Shown here piece after piece: positions 1-7,145 of a stretch of DNA of 18,756 nucleotides. The stretch spans positions 1-18,756 of the forward strand of contig NZ_SNUY01000043.1 in assembly GCF_004376175.1 (NCBI RefSeq), written 5' to 3'. Positions within the stretch are counted from its first letter, which is position 1, and each line of letters begins with the position of its first letter. The notes below the pieces were generated by a model that did no database searches, was not told the origin of the DNA, and saw nothing but the letters and a program-made list of their open reading frames with translations. Position numbers and translations under genes: made by a program. The DNA is from Halalkalibacterium halodurans. GTDB taxonomy: Bacteria > Bacillota > Bacilli > Bacillales > Bacillaceae_D.

Positions 1-2
1 TA

Positions 3-1613
3 GAAATAAAATTACAAGAAAATGATATTGCTTTTGCGATTAATGACCTTGTAGAGAGCATACCAGAGGAAGCATTCAAAGATTTCTTACGCCAAACTGG
101 ACGTCCTGCCTATCATCCTCGTATGATGTTAAAAGTTATTTTGTGTGGGTATACACAATCTGTGTTTTCTGGTCGTAAGATAGAAGCGTTGCTCCAAGAC
201 AGTATTCGGATGATGTGGTTAGCCCAAGGAAATGAGCCGAGCTATCGGACGATTAATCGTTTCCGTTCCAATCCACTTATTGAAAAATTACTGCGCGAAT
301 GTTTTGTCCAATTCCGTAATCAACTCGTGGAAAAGGAGTTGATTGAAGAAGAAGCAATTTTTATTGATGGTACGAAGATTGAAGCGAACGCAAACAAATT
401 TACCTTTGTATGGAGAAAATCCGTCGAACAATATAGTGAAAAATTAATAGAAAAGTCCAACCAACTGTATGATGAATTATTGGAAAAGGAAATTATCCCA
501 GCGATAGAACGAGAAAGTAAAGAAGAACTAACCGTTAAAGAAATGGAAGAAGTGGTCAAAAAGTTAGACGAAACAGTCAGCGAATATGATAAAAAAATTG
601 AAGCTTGTGAGGTCGGCAGTGAACGGAAGAACATTCGCGCTGAACGTAAAGCACCAAAACAAGCTCGTAAGCAGTTCATGGATTTCATTGCTCGTAAACA
701 AAAGTATCAAAAAGATATGGAGACTTTCGGCGAACGCAATAGCTATTCAAAAACTGATCCTGATGCGACGTTTATGCGGATGAAGGACGATTACATGAAG
801 AACGGTCAATTGAAAGCTGGTTATAATGTACAACTTGCGACAGAAGGTCAATACGCACTCGCTTACGATGTTTTTCCAAATCCAACAGATACACGCACCT
901 TGATTCCATTTCTTCAAACGATAGAAGATTTCTTCGAATTACCAGAATATATCGTTGCAGATGCAGGATACGGAAGCGAACAGAACTATGAAGAAATCAT
1001 TGAGAATCGAAATCGAACGCCACTTATTACATACAATCAGTATCGAAAGGAAAAGAAAAGGAAACACAAAGACAATGCTTTTCATGTAGACAATTGGGAT
1101 TATAATGAGGAAGAGGACGCTTTCCGATGTCCAAATGGTCAAAAAGTATGGTTTAGCCATCAGTCCAAACGAACAGACAGGTACGGATTCACACGGGAAT
1201 TTAAAGTGTACGAATGTGAAGATTGTTCAGGCTGTCCATTCCGCGAACTGTGCACGAAAGCAAAAGAAGGCAACAATCGAAAAGTCTACATTAATGAAAA
1301 GTGGGAATCTCAAAAAGAAAATATACGTATGAAGCTTTCAGACGAGAAAACTGGTGAAATTTACAGGAAACGAAAAGTTGAAGTAGAACCAGTGTTCGGT
1401 TTTCTGAAGGCTAATTTGGGTTTCACTCGAATGTCCGTCAGAGGCAAAGATAAAGTGAAAAATGAATTGGGGTTTGCATTTATGGCCGTGAACTTGAGAA
1501 AGTACACGGCCACGAACGGTGACATAGGGCCAGGAAATAAGAAAAACTCCACAAAAAAGGTTCCAAGCACTTATTATTTGCTTGGAACCTTTTTACTTAC
1601 TATTTTTGGCTAG
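3..1613 (+). CDS. IS1182-family DDE transposase, N-terminus truncated by the window edge
   Basis: The frame is open from nt 3 (EIKLQENDIAFAINDLVESIPEEAFKDFLRQTGRPAYHPRMMLKV...), so the ATG at 123 is internal. The N-terminal block GRPAYHPRMMLKV..SGRKIE..MWLAQG..YRTINRFR is typical of IS1182/IS5-like InsH-N transposases. So are the later blocks FIDGTKIEANAN, IVADAGYGSEQNYE, the Cys-rich CPNG..CEDCSGCP segment, and EPVFGFLK. Confidence 0.9.
   Translation, partial: EIKLQENDIAFAINDLVESIPEEAFKDFLRQTGRPAYHPRMMLKVILCGYTQSVFSGRKIEALLQDSIRMMWLAQGNEPSYRTINRFRSNPLIEKLLRECFVQFRNQLVEKELIEEEAIFIDGTKIEANANKFTFVWRKSVEQYSEKLIEKSNQLYDELLEKEIIPAIERESKEELTVKEMEEVVKKLDETVSEYDKKIEACEVGSERKNIRAERKAPKQARKQFMDFIARKQKYQKDMETFGERNSYSKTDPDATFMRMKDDYMKNGQLKAGYNVQLATEGQYALAYDVFPNPTDTRTLIPFLQTIEDFFELPEYIVADAGYGSEQNYEEIIENRNRTPLITYNQYRKEKKRKHKDNAFHVDNWDYNEEEDAFRCPNGQKVWFSHQSKRTDRYGFTREFKVYECEDCSGCPFRELCTKAKEGNNRKVYINEKWESQKENIRMKLSDEKTGEIYRKRKVEVEPVFGFLKANLGFTRMSVRGKDKVKNELGFAFMAVNLRKYTATNGDIGPGNKKNSTKKVPSTYYLLGTFLLTIFG
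1553..1594 (+). terminator. Intrinsic-terminator-like hairpin inside the 3' end of the transposase ORF
   Basis: Perfect 10-bp stem GGTTCCAAGC (1559-1568) / GCTTGGAACC (1580-1589) with an 11-nt loop. It is preceded by an A-run (1553-1558) and followed by TTTTT (1590-1594). Confidence 0.5.
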
Positions 1614-1828
1614 TTTTGTCCCAGCCTCTTTTTCGTTTCGAAAGGAGGTTATGATTTGAAAGATCCCAAACGAATGACAGTGATGATCATCCATCCGTGA
1701 CGCCATAAAAGAAAAGTGTGATAACAAGGCAACAAAAAAAGCGACTGTGATTAACTCCACGTGTCAGCACGGGGAGTTAAAGGAGTAAGGTTTTCATTGG
1801 TTTGAATCCCCCCTTACTTTGAAAACGC

Positions 1829-2707
1829 CTAGTCATTCTCACCAACGAGAACTTCGGTTTCAAGGATCGAGGTGCCACGATTGTAAAATCGCGGATCGAA
1901 AATGACGGCATGATGTTCGTTCTCATCTAACGTAATTCCATAAAAAGGAGCAAACCAGGCGATCGTTTCTGCATAAGGGTCTTCCAGGACCTTTTCCACA
2001 ATCAACGGATCATCAACAGTCTCGATGATCGTTTTTTCTCCTTCACTCCATAAGCTTTTAGAATAAATTTCGATCACGTTTCCATTCTTGCCGAACACCG
2101 TGAATTGAGTTGGAATAAAGCTAGCAGAGACTACCGTTTCCTCATACTGTTCGGAGACTTGTTGTTTGATCCATAGATTCTGCATTCCTTGGGAGCCAAC
2201 ATACATGAAGATGGCAATCCAAACGATGCGAAACGCCTTTTTCGTTCCTAGTTTTTTACGTAGAATAAAACCAGTAATGAAGAATAGAAGAATGGGAAGA
2301 TCGACAATCGGTAAAAAGCCTAACGAATAACGAGAGTCAACAAACGGTTCAAGCAACCCTGTCCCCCATGTGGTTAGCCAATCGGCTCCTAAATGGGAGA
2401 GCACCGAAAAAAGTGAAAGGAAATAAATCCATTTCCATGAAAGTTCTTTTCGTTTTTTAAAGGCAACAAGATAGATGATCCCAACAGCTAAGGCGGCCAT
2501 CAGTGGGGAAATCAAAAGTGAATGAGTAAGCCCACGGTGAATGCGCAAATACGCCTCACCATCGTTAAAGAGTAACCCGTCAATGTCTGGAATTTCAGCG
2601 GCGACAATGCTTGCCAAAGCATACCACTTTTTATGTGTTTCCATGAAGGGCTTTTTGAAGGCAGCATATACACCATATCCTAGTAATCCATGGGTAACCG
2701 TATCCAT
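1829..2707 (-). CDS. Membrane-bound metal-dependent hydrolase, DUF457 (YdjM/YfhP-like) family, with a C-terminal soluble extension
   Basis: N-terminus MDTVTHGLLGYGVY, then HRGLTHSL and LSHLGADWLT His/Asp motifs within about 5 hydrophobic segments, as in PF04307-type proteins. GGAG ribosome-binding site (2719-2722 on the + strand, read as complement) lies 11 nt upstream of the ATG at 2707, longer than ideal. About 115 C-terminal residues are non-membrane. Confidence 0.7.
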   Translation of the reverse strand: MDTVTHGLLGYGVYAAFKKPFMETHKKWYALASIVAAEIPDIDGLLFNDGEAYLRIHRGLTHSLLISPLMAALAVGIIYLVAFKKRKELSWKWIYFLSLFSVLSHLGADWLTTWGTGLLEPFVDSRYSLGFLPIVDLPILLFFITGFILRKKLGTKKAFRIVWIAIFMYVGSQGMQNLWIKQQVSEQYEETVVSASFIPTQFTVFGKNGNVIEIYSKSLWSEGEKTIIETVDDPLIVEKVLEDPYAETIAWFAPFYGITLDENEHHAVIFDPRFYNRGTSILETEVLVGEND

Positions 2708-2741
2708 AATAATAGACTCCTAGATTTTAATCGTTATGTCT

Positions 2742-2770
2742 ATTATCTGTCTTTCGTTTTCCGATGGCAA
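2742..2770 (-). promoter_or_regulatory. Candidate sigma-A promoter for the DUF457 hydrolase gene (TTGCCA-17-GATAAT)
   Basis: Minus-strand reading TTGCCA (2770-2765), a 17-nt spacer, then GATAAT (2747-2742). The -10 overlaps one arm of a 9-bp inverted repeat, ATAATAGAC/GTCTATTAT (2709-2717 / 2738-2746). Confidence 0.35.
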
Positions 2771-2887
2771 ATGGAATGATCTTTTAAAAGCTGGAAAAAC
2801 CGAATCCTCATAGCTATAGGGAGTGGACGCACGAATAGCGCACTACCCCGCCTAAAAGCATATAAGAATTCTGCGCCGGTTATTTAG

Positions 2888-2937
2888 GAGAAATAAATTA
2901 AAATGACCTCAGGCTCATCTTTAGAGCTTTGAGGTCA
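2888..2937 (-). terminator. Candidate intrinsic terminator of the ferritin-like gene
   Basis: Minus-strand stem TGACCTCA / TGAGGTCA (2930-2937 / 2904-2911) followed by TTTTAATTTATTT. The 18-nt loop contains the stop codon. The large loop lowers confidence. Confidence 0.4.
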
Positions 2938-3514
2938 GGCGCTTCGTTAAAAAATAGAGAAACCACACCGCATGGTTTTGTTCATCTTTGGCGGCCCGTT
3001 GAAATGCTTCACGAATTTGTAAATTAGGGGCATGATCGGCCACTTCTAAATAAAAATCAACGGTCTTTTGCTCTTCTTCAACAGCAAACGCTAATGCTTT
3101 TTCGTAGTTGTGTGAGATTTTTTGATCGGTGGTCGGTTCATGCTGTTTTTCGGTTATTTGTTGATAGAGTGCTGAAAAAGTCCGTAAGTGTCGCTGTTCA
3201 TCCGTTATGATTTCCTCTATTTGCTGCTGCTCTTTTTTCGTTGGGGCGTGTTGCGCCATTTGCTGATAGCATTGAATGGCACGGTGTTCTCCATCAATAG
3301 CAGTCATTAAATCTCGCATGATGGTGCGAGTACGATCCTGGGGAGTCTCTGGTGTACGTAGTGGTCTCGTTAAGTAAGGAACAAGCGACGTCTGATACGG
3401 GCTAGAGTATGGTCCAGTGTACAATGGCGGTAACTGAAAATAAGGAGGTGCCTGCTGCTGAACAGGAGGCTGGTACCACGGAGTGCCCCCTAATTGCCAG
3501 TATGGATAATACAA
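2921..3514 (-). CDS. Ferritin-like / rubrerythrin-type di-iron four-helix-bundle protein with a Pro/Tyr/Gln-rich N-terminal region (possible spore coat-associated protein)
   Basis: Paired metal-ligand motifs are present: DGEHRAIQCY, DEQRHLRTF (ExxH), AVEEEQKTVDFY, DEQNHAVWF (ExxH). The start is re-assigned to TTG 3514 because AAGGAGGGG lies 4-6 nt upstream. The ORF-track start at 3583 is a GTG with no Shine-Dalgarno sequence. Confidence 0.75.
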   Translation of the reverse strand: MYYPYWQLGGTPWYQPPVQQQAPPYFQLPPLYTGPYSSPYQTSLVPYLTRPLRTPETPQDRTRTIMRDLMTAIDGEHRAIQCYQQMAQHAPTKKEQQQIEEIITDEQRHLRTFSALYQQITEKQHEPTTDQKISHNYEKALAFAVEEEQKTVDFYLEVADHAPNLQIREAFQRAAKDEQNHAVWFLYFLTKRLTSKL

Positions 3515-3558
3515 GAAACCCCTCCTTTGCTCTCCGATAGTGTTATCGCATTTGTTAA

Positions 3559-3586
3559 AGTGTATGATTGAACAACTTGTCACTAT
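3559..3586 (-). promoter_or_regulatory. Candidate mother-cell (sigma-E type) sporulation promoter upstream of the ferritin-like gene
   Basis: Minus-strand reading ATA (3586-3584), a 17-nt spacer, then CATACACT (3566-3559). From memory, this matches the B. subtilis sigma-E consensus ATA-N16-18-CATACAHT. It lies about 45 nt upstream of the TTG start. Confidence 0.3.
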
Positions 3587-3600
3587 ACATGATCACGGAA

Positions 3601-4905
3601 TCATGAGACGACAGCCTGCACGGAGGACTCGAGAATGGATAGCAATTGATTCAGTTCTTCTTCATTGATGATTAGAGGTGGGGCACAGACGAGCACGTCT
3701 TGTTGATCAAAGGTAACGGCGCGCAAAATCAGACCACGCTGATCAGCCGCTTGCACAACCTTTGGTGCGAGGGGTTCGTTTTTTCCGTTATGAGAAAACG
3801 CGAGTGCGGCCATCAATCCTCTACCTCGAGCGTCATGAATCTCGGAATATTGCTCTTGAATGGTACGGAAGCCGAGAAGCAGCTTTTCCCCCATGGTTGC
3901 TGCATGGTCGATCAAGTTCTCTTCCTCGATTATCTGAATGTTCTTAAGGGCAACAGCACAAGACGTTGGATGGCCGCTATACGTATAGCCATGTAAAAGC
4001 GTACCGTGGGAATGTACCGTTAGCTGTTCGTGCAATGATTTTGACAGCATCACACCACCGAGCGGTGCATATCCGCTCGTAATCCCTTTGGCGATGCACA
4101 TCATATCAGGGCTAATGTTGGCATGATCGCAACCAAAATAGGCTCCCGTTCGTCCGAAGCCGGTAATGACTTCATCTGCAATGAACAGCAGTTCGTATTC
4201 ATCGCAAATGCTACGAATGTCACACAAGTACGAATCGGGCGCCACATGAACACCGCCCGCTCCTTGAATCGGTTCACAAACAAAGGCCGCGATCGTCTCA
4301 GGTCCCTCTCGATCAATCATTGCTCGCAACGCTTCTATTGACATATGGTCGACATGTAGGAAGTCCGGAGCAAGCGAGGGAGCAAAATCGCGAAACGGTT
4401 TCAACCCGGTAGCGCTCGTGGCTCCCATGGCGACCCCGTGATAGGACTTCATGCGGGCAATGATTTTTCTTTTTTTCGGCTGGTCTTTTACTTTCCAATA
4501 GTGTCTAGCTAACTTGAACGCCGTATCGTTTGCTTCTGATCCGCCCGACGTAAAAAAGGTGGCGCGCAAGGAAGGAGGCGACACGCGAGCCAGCTTTGCT
4601 GCTAATTCAATTGCAGGCTTATTGCTAAAGGTGGCAAAGCAGGATGAGAACGCGAGCGTGTCCATTTGTTTTTTAGCGACCTCTCCAAGTTCTCTCCGTC
4701 CGTGCCCTACATTGACGTTCCATAATGATGACATGCCATCAAGGTATGCTTTTCCATCATGGTCATACAAGTAAACACCTTTCCCACGTACAAAAATATG
4801 GGCAGGCCCGTGCTGCTGCTGTTGTTGCATGGAAGAGGTGGGATGGATAAAGTGCTGTTGATCAAGCCCAATGAGGTTACGAGAAGTTTCATCGTTTTTC
4901 TTCAT
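3601..4905 (-). CDS. Class III (omega-amino acid / aspartate aminotransferase family) PLP-dependent aminotransferase
   Basis: Class III hallmarks are present: SSLWNVNVGHGR, FFTSGGSEANDTA, IADEVITGFGRTG, and the Schiff-base lysine context MCIAKGITSGY. The start is re-assigned to ATG 4905 (MKKNDETS...), preceded by AAGGCGGTGA with a 6-nt spacer. The track start at 4929 is a GTG lying inside that ribosome-binding site. Confidence 0.9.
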   Translation of the reverse strand: MKKNDETSRNLIGLDQQHFIHPTSSMQQQQQHGPAHIFVRGKGVYLYDHDGKAYLDGMSSLWNVNVGHGRRELGEVAKKQMDTLAFSSCFATFSNKPAIELAAKLARVSPPSLRATFFTSGGSEANDTAFKLARHYWKVKDQPKKRKIIARMKSYHGVAMGATSATGLKPFRDFAPSLAPDFLHVDHMSIEALRAMIDREGPETIAAFVCEPIQGAGGVHVAPDSYLCDIRSICDEYELLFIADEVITGFGRTGAYFGCDHANISPDMMCIAKGITSGYAPLGGVMLSKSLHEQLTVHSHGTLLHGYTYSGHPTSCAVALKNIQIIEEENLIDHAATMGEKLLLGFRTIQEQYSEIHDARGRGLMAALAFSHNGKNEPLAPKVVQAADQRGLILRAVTFDQQDVLVCAPPLIINEEELNQLLSILESSVQAVVS

Positions 4906-4999
4906 TTGTATCACCGCCTTTATGTTCACAATATGCGAAACAAGAATGATTCATTAGAAAAACTTGGCTTGTTTCCAGACTCTTACCCGAAATGTACAT

Positions 5000-5025
5000 A
5001 GCCCTTCTCGCTTAGGAGAAGAGCT
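5000..5025 (-). terminator. Weak candidate terminator after yunB
   Basis: A 10-bp stem, AGCTCTTCTC / GAGAAGGGCT on the minus strand, with one G-U pair and a 6-nt loop. The trailing U-tract is poor (ATGTACATTTCGGG). Confidence 0.3.
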
Positions 5026-5032
5026 ATTTCAG

Positions 5033-5809
5033 TTATTCACTTTCTTCTTCACCTGTTTCAGAGCTTGGTGGGACAGCTGGTAACACCATTCCGCCCCCTT
5101 CGGAATAGATTTCAGGAACCTCTCCTTGAATGTTCAAAATGCCAATTGGTACCGTCGTTTCGTAGGCTTCGGTTGCGGTCGCAAAAGGGATGACGATTTG
5201 CGCATCAACCATGACATCAAAGCTAACAGCGAGGGTCGTATTGTTGATCCCCGTATCGATGACTTCTAAATTGAGGTCGGTGCTTATTTCCCCGATCGTT
5301 GAGAAGCGAACAGGCACGTGGGGACCGAAATGGGCTAAAAGGGCATTGTTGGTTGCTTGCCCGAGCGGAATCGTGTACATGATCCCACCATCCGTAATTT
5401 TCACATCTTGATCATTTAAGATCGAATGCAAGTTTAAGTCTGTGACAAGTCCTTGTTCAATCGCTTTTAAGTGGTTCTGAACCCTGACCGTTGCTTCGGA
5501 AACGAGTCGGTTGTAAATTTGTGTGTTAAACTGCACTTGATTGTCGCCTTTTTCGATGAAAAGCTCATCTTGGTCGAGCTGATCGACAATGTTTCGCGAG
5601 ACGGCATCATTGATGACGGATGTGGCAATGAGTTTTGTCTCATTAGAAGCAATGCTAATAAGCGTCGGTCTTATCGATTGTTCCACGAGCCAAAAGCCAA
5701 TCACCGTTAAAAATGTAAAGATTAAAAAGGAAAATAAAAAGACGTAGCGCAATGGAAGGGGCCCGCGCCTTTTTCGGGGTTTTACCCTTTTTAATGGTCT
5801 CGGTCTCAT
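5033..5809 (-). CDS. yunB: Sporulation protein YunB
   Basis: Basic N-terminus MRPRPLKRVKPRKRRGP, then a single TM segment. This is followed by the conserved IRPTLISIA..E.K.IAT..INDAV block and an overall length of about 255 aa, as in B. subtilis YunB. The ribosome-binding site AAAGGGGGAG precedes the ATG. Confidence 0.85.
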   Translation of the reverse strand: MRPRPLKRVKPRKRRGPLPLRYVFLFSFLIFTFLTVIGFWLVEQSIRPTLISIASNETKLIATSVINDAVSRNIVDQLDQDELFIEKGDNQVQFNTQIYNRLVSEATVRVQNHLKAIEQGLVTDLNLHSILNDQDVKITDGGIMYTIPLGQATNNALLAHFGPHVPVRFSTIGEISTDLNLEVIDTGINNTTLAVSFDVMVDAQIVIPFATATEAYETTVPIGILNIQGEVPEIYSEGGGMVLPAVPPSSETGEEESE

Positions 5810-6006
5810 GTTGACTCCCCCTTTTGTAAATGTCTATGCACAATTGGGGGAGGGTTTTCCACCTTCACACAAAATTGAACAAAAACATGGAGGCGGTAAG
5901 GGGGAAAAGGGAACTTTCTAATCGTGAGAAGGGCGTTTGATTAAGAAGGAACCATTCTATGTTCATTAAACATGACATTTTTCACCGCAGGTAAAAGAAG
6001 AAAATA

Positions 6007-6021
6007 TGAGATTGATTCTCA
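6007..6021. promoter_or_regulatory. Degenerate Fur-box-like site (distal)
   Basis: TGAGATTGATTCTCA matches 11 of 14 specified positions of the 7-1-7 Fur consensus TGATAATNATTATCA. Confidence 0.4.
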
Positions 6022-6029
6022 CTTGTTTG

Positions 6030-6058
6030 TTGAAAATTGTTCTCACTCGTTTTATAAT
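6030..6058 (+). promoter_or_regulatory. Sigma-A promoter of the siderophore-uptake operon (TTGAAA-17-TATAAT)
   Basis: TTGAAA at 6030-6035, a 17-nt spacer, then a perfect TATAAT at 6053-6058. This is about 60 nt upstream of the binding-protein start codon. Confidence 0.6.
6031..6045. promoter_or_regulatory. Degenerate Fur-box-like site overlapping the -35
   Basis: TGAAAATTGTTCTCA matches 11 of 14 specified consensus positions. It shares the direct repeat TTCTCACT with the distal site (6016-6023 and 6040-6047). Confidence 0.45.
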
Positions 6059-6066
6059 CAGGTAAG

Positions 6067-6081
6067 TGATAATCATTATCA
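6067..6081. promoter_or_regulatory. Fur box, perfect 7-1-7 consensus
   Basis: TGATAATCATTATCA is an exact match to the Bacillus Fur 7-1-7 motif TGATAATNATTATCA. It lies immediately downstream of the -10, over the predicted transcription start. Confidence 0.8.
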
Positions 6082-6117
6082 GGACATTAGAAATATAATA
6101 GTTGGAGGAGTACATTG

Positions 6118-7143
6118 ATGAGAAACCGTTGGCTTTTTACATTGGCAATGTCTTTCGTTTTTGTCCTACTAGCTGCATGCGGAGGAAATGAACCAAGCGA
6201 AGGTGAAGAACCAGAAGCAGGAGATCAAGAACAAGTCGAAGAGACAGGGGATGAAGGAGCGGAAGCGTCAGGTCCATACTCTGTTGAGGATGTCTTTGGT
6301 ACGGTCGAATTTGAGGACGTTCCTGAACGAATTGTTGTTCTAGAGTGGACATATGCAGAAGATTTGCTAGCTTTAGGAGTCCAGCCTGTCGGTATGGCTG
6401 ATATTGAAGGTTTTGAGGCGTGGGTTGATATTGAGGCTGAACTCTCAGACGAGGTCGTGGATGTAGGTACGCGTCAAGAGCCAAATTTAGAAGAAATTGC
6501 AGCTCTTGAGCCAGATTTAATCATTACTGCAAAGTTCCGTCACGAAGCGATTAAAGATGAGCTTGACCTAATTGCTCCGACGTTATTCTTTGAACCATAT
6601 CCAGAGGATGAATCGATTAATCAATACGACGAAATGGTGACAACGTTTGAAACGATCGCAAAGGTCGTACAACGTGAAGATGAAGCTGCAACCGTATTAG
6701 CTGAAATGGAGCAAAAATTTGAAGAAGCAAAAGAAGCGATTGCAGAGGCTGATCTTGAATCGAACGAATTCATTTTAGCGATGGCTTACTCTGGTCCACA
6801 AGCGCCAGCGATTCGAATTTTTGCGCCAAATGGAATGGCAACGATCATTCTCGAAAACTTAGGGCTTGAAAATGTCCATGAGCCAGATGCGTTTGAAATG
6901 TACGGGTATTCTGAAGTAAATGTTGAAGCTCTTCCAGAGTACGAGGATGCTAACTTCATTTACGTTGTGCAGGAAGATGACAATGTGTTTGAGGATCAAC
7001 TTGCAGATAACCCTGTTTGGACCAATCTGAATTTCGTCCAGGAAGAGCGGACATATTCTCTTGGCGGAGATGCTTGGCTATATGGCGGTCCACTTTCAGC
7101 GAAAACACTCGTTGATCGCCTCGTTGATTCCCTTACACAATAG
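6118..7143 (+). CDS. Ferric-siderophore ABC transporter substrate-binding lipoprotein (FhuD/FecB-type, periplasmic binding protein family 2)
   Basis: Signal peptide with lipobox LLAAC. An acidic linker is followed by the typical ERIVVLEW..EDLLALGVQPVG and LEPDLIIT blocks. ATG 6118 is preferred over TTG 6115 because GGAGGAG (6104-6110) then has a 7-nt spacer. Confidence 0.85.
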   Translation: MRNRWLFTLAMSFVFVLLAACGGNEPSEGEEPEAGDQEQVEETGDEGAEASGPYSVEDVFGTVEFEDVPERIVVLEWTYAEDLLALGVQPVGMADIEGFEAWVDIEAELSDEVVDVGTRQEPNLEEIAALEPDLIITAKFRHEAIKDELDLIAPTLFFEPYPEDESINQYDEMVTTFETIAKVVQREDEAATVLAEMEQKFEEAKEAIAEADLESNEFILAMAYSGPQAPAIRIFAPNGMATIILENLGLENVHEPDAFEMYGYSEVNVEALPEYEDANFIYVVQEDDNVFEDQLADNPVWTNLNFVQEERTYSLGGDAWLYGGPLSAKTLVDRLVDSLTQ

Positions 7144-7145
7144 TC

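Larger units (their letters stand above)
1..1650 (+). mobile_element. IS1182-family insertion sequence, 3' portion. The left end lies outside the window and the right boundary is uncertain, somewhere between 1614 and about 1650.
   Basis: Contains a transposase ORF that is open to the window edge. A terminator-like hairpin sits inside the last codons of that ORF. The region is visibly more AT-rich than neighbouring genes. Terminal inverted repeats cannot be checked because the left end is absent. Confidence 0.75.

Noticed and set aside
1626-1650. Similarity between CCTCTTTTTCG...CGAAAGGAGG after the transposase and CCTCTTTCGG...CGAAAGAAGG at 18691-18737, considered as possible matching IS termini
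   Set aside because: The matches are short, imperfect and low-complexity. No transposase-like sequence is visible at the right edge, and the orientation logic for inverted repeats does not hold.
1650-1696. Tiny ORFs following the orphan AAAGGAGG (ATG ATT TGA, or TTG-initiated LKDPKRMTVMIIHP)
   Set aside because: At 2-14 codons with no recognisable features, they are more likely a remnant or element terminus than a gene.
2748-2900. Search for a LexA/Cheo box (CGAAC-N4-GTTCG) upstream of the YdjM-family hydrolase gene
   Set aside because: No acceptable match was found. The closest string, CGAATAGCGCAC, lacks the second half-site.
4813-4827. A run of five Gln codons (CAA CAA CAG CAG CAG) in the N-terminal region of the aminotransferase, considered as a possible slippage-prone repeat
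   Set aside because: The tract is only 15 nt of mixed CAA/CAG, in frame, in a variable N-terminal segment. There is no evidence of phase variation.
5810-5880. Sigma-E-type promoter for yunB (CATAGACA about 20 nt upstream of the ribosome-binding site)
   Set aside because: The -10 match has two mismatches to CATACAHT, and no ATA element is present at the expected 16-18 nt spacing. The evidence is too weak to call.
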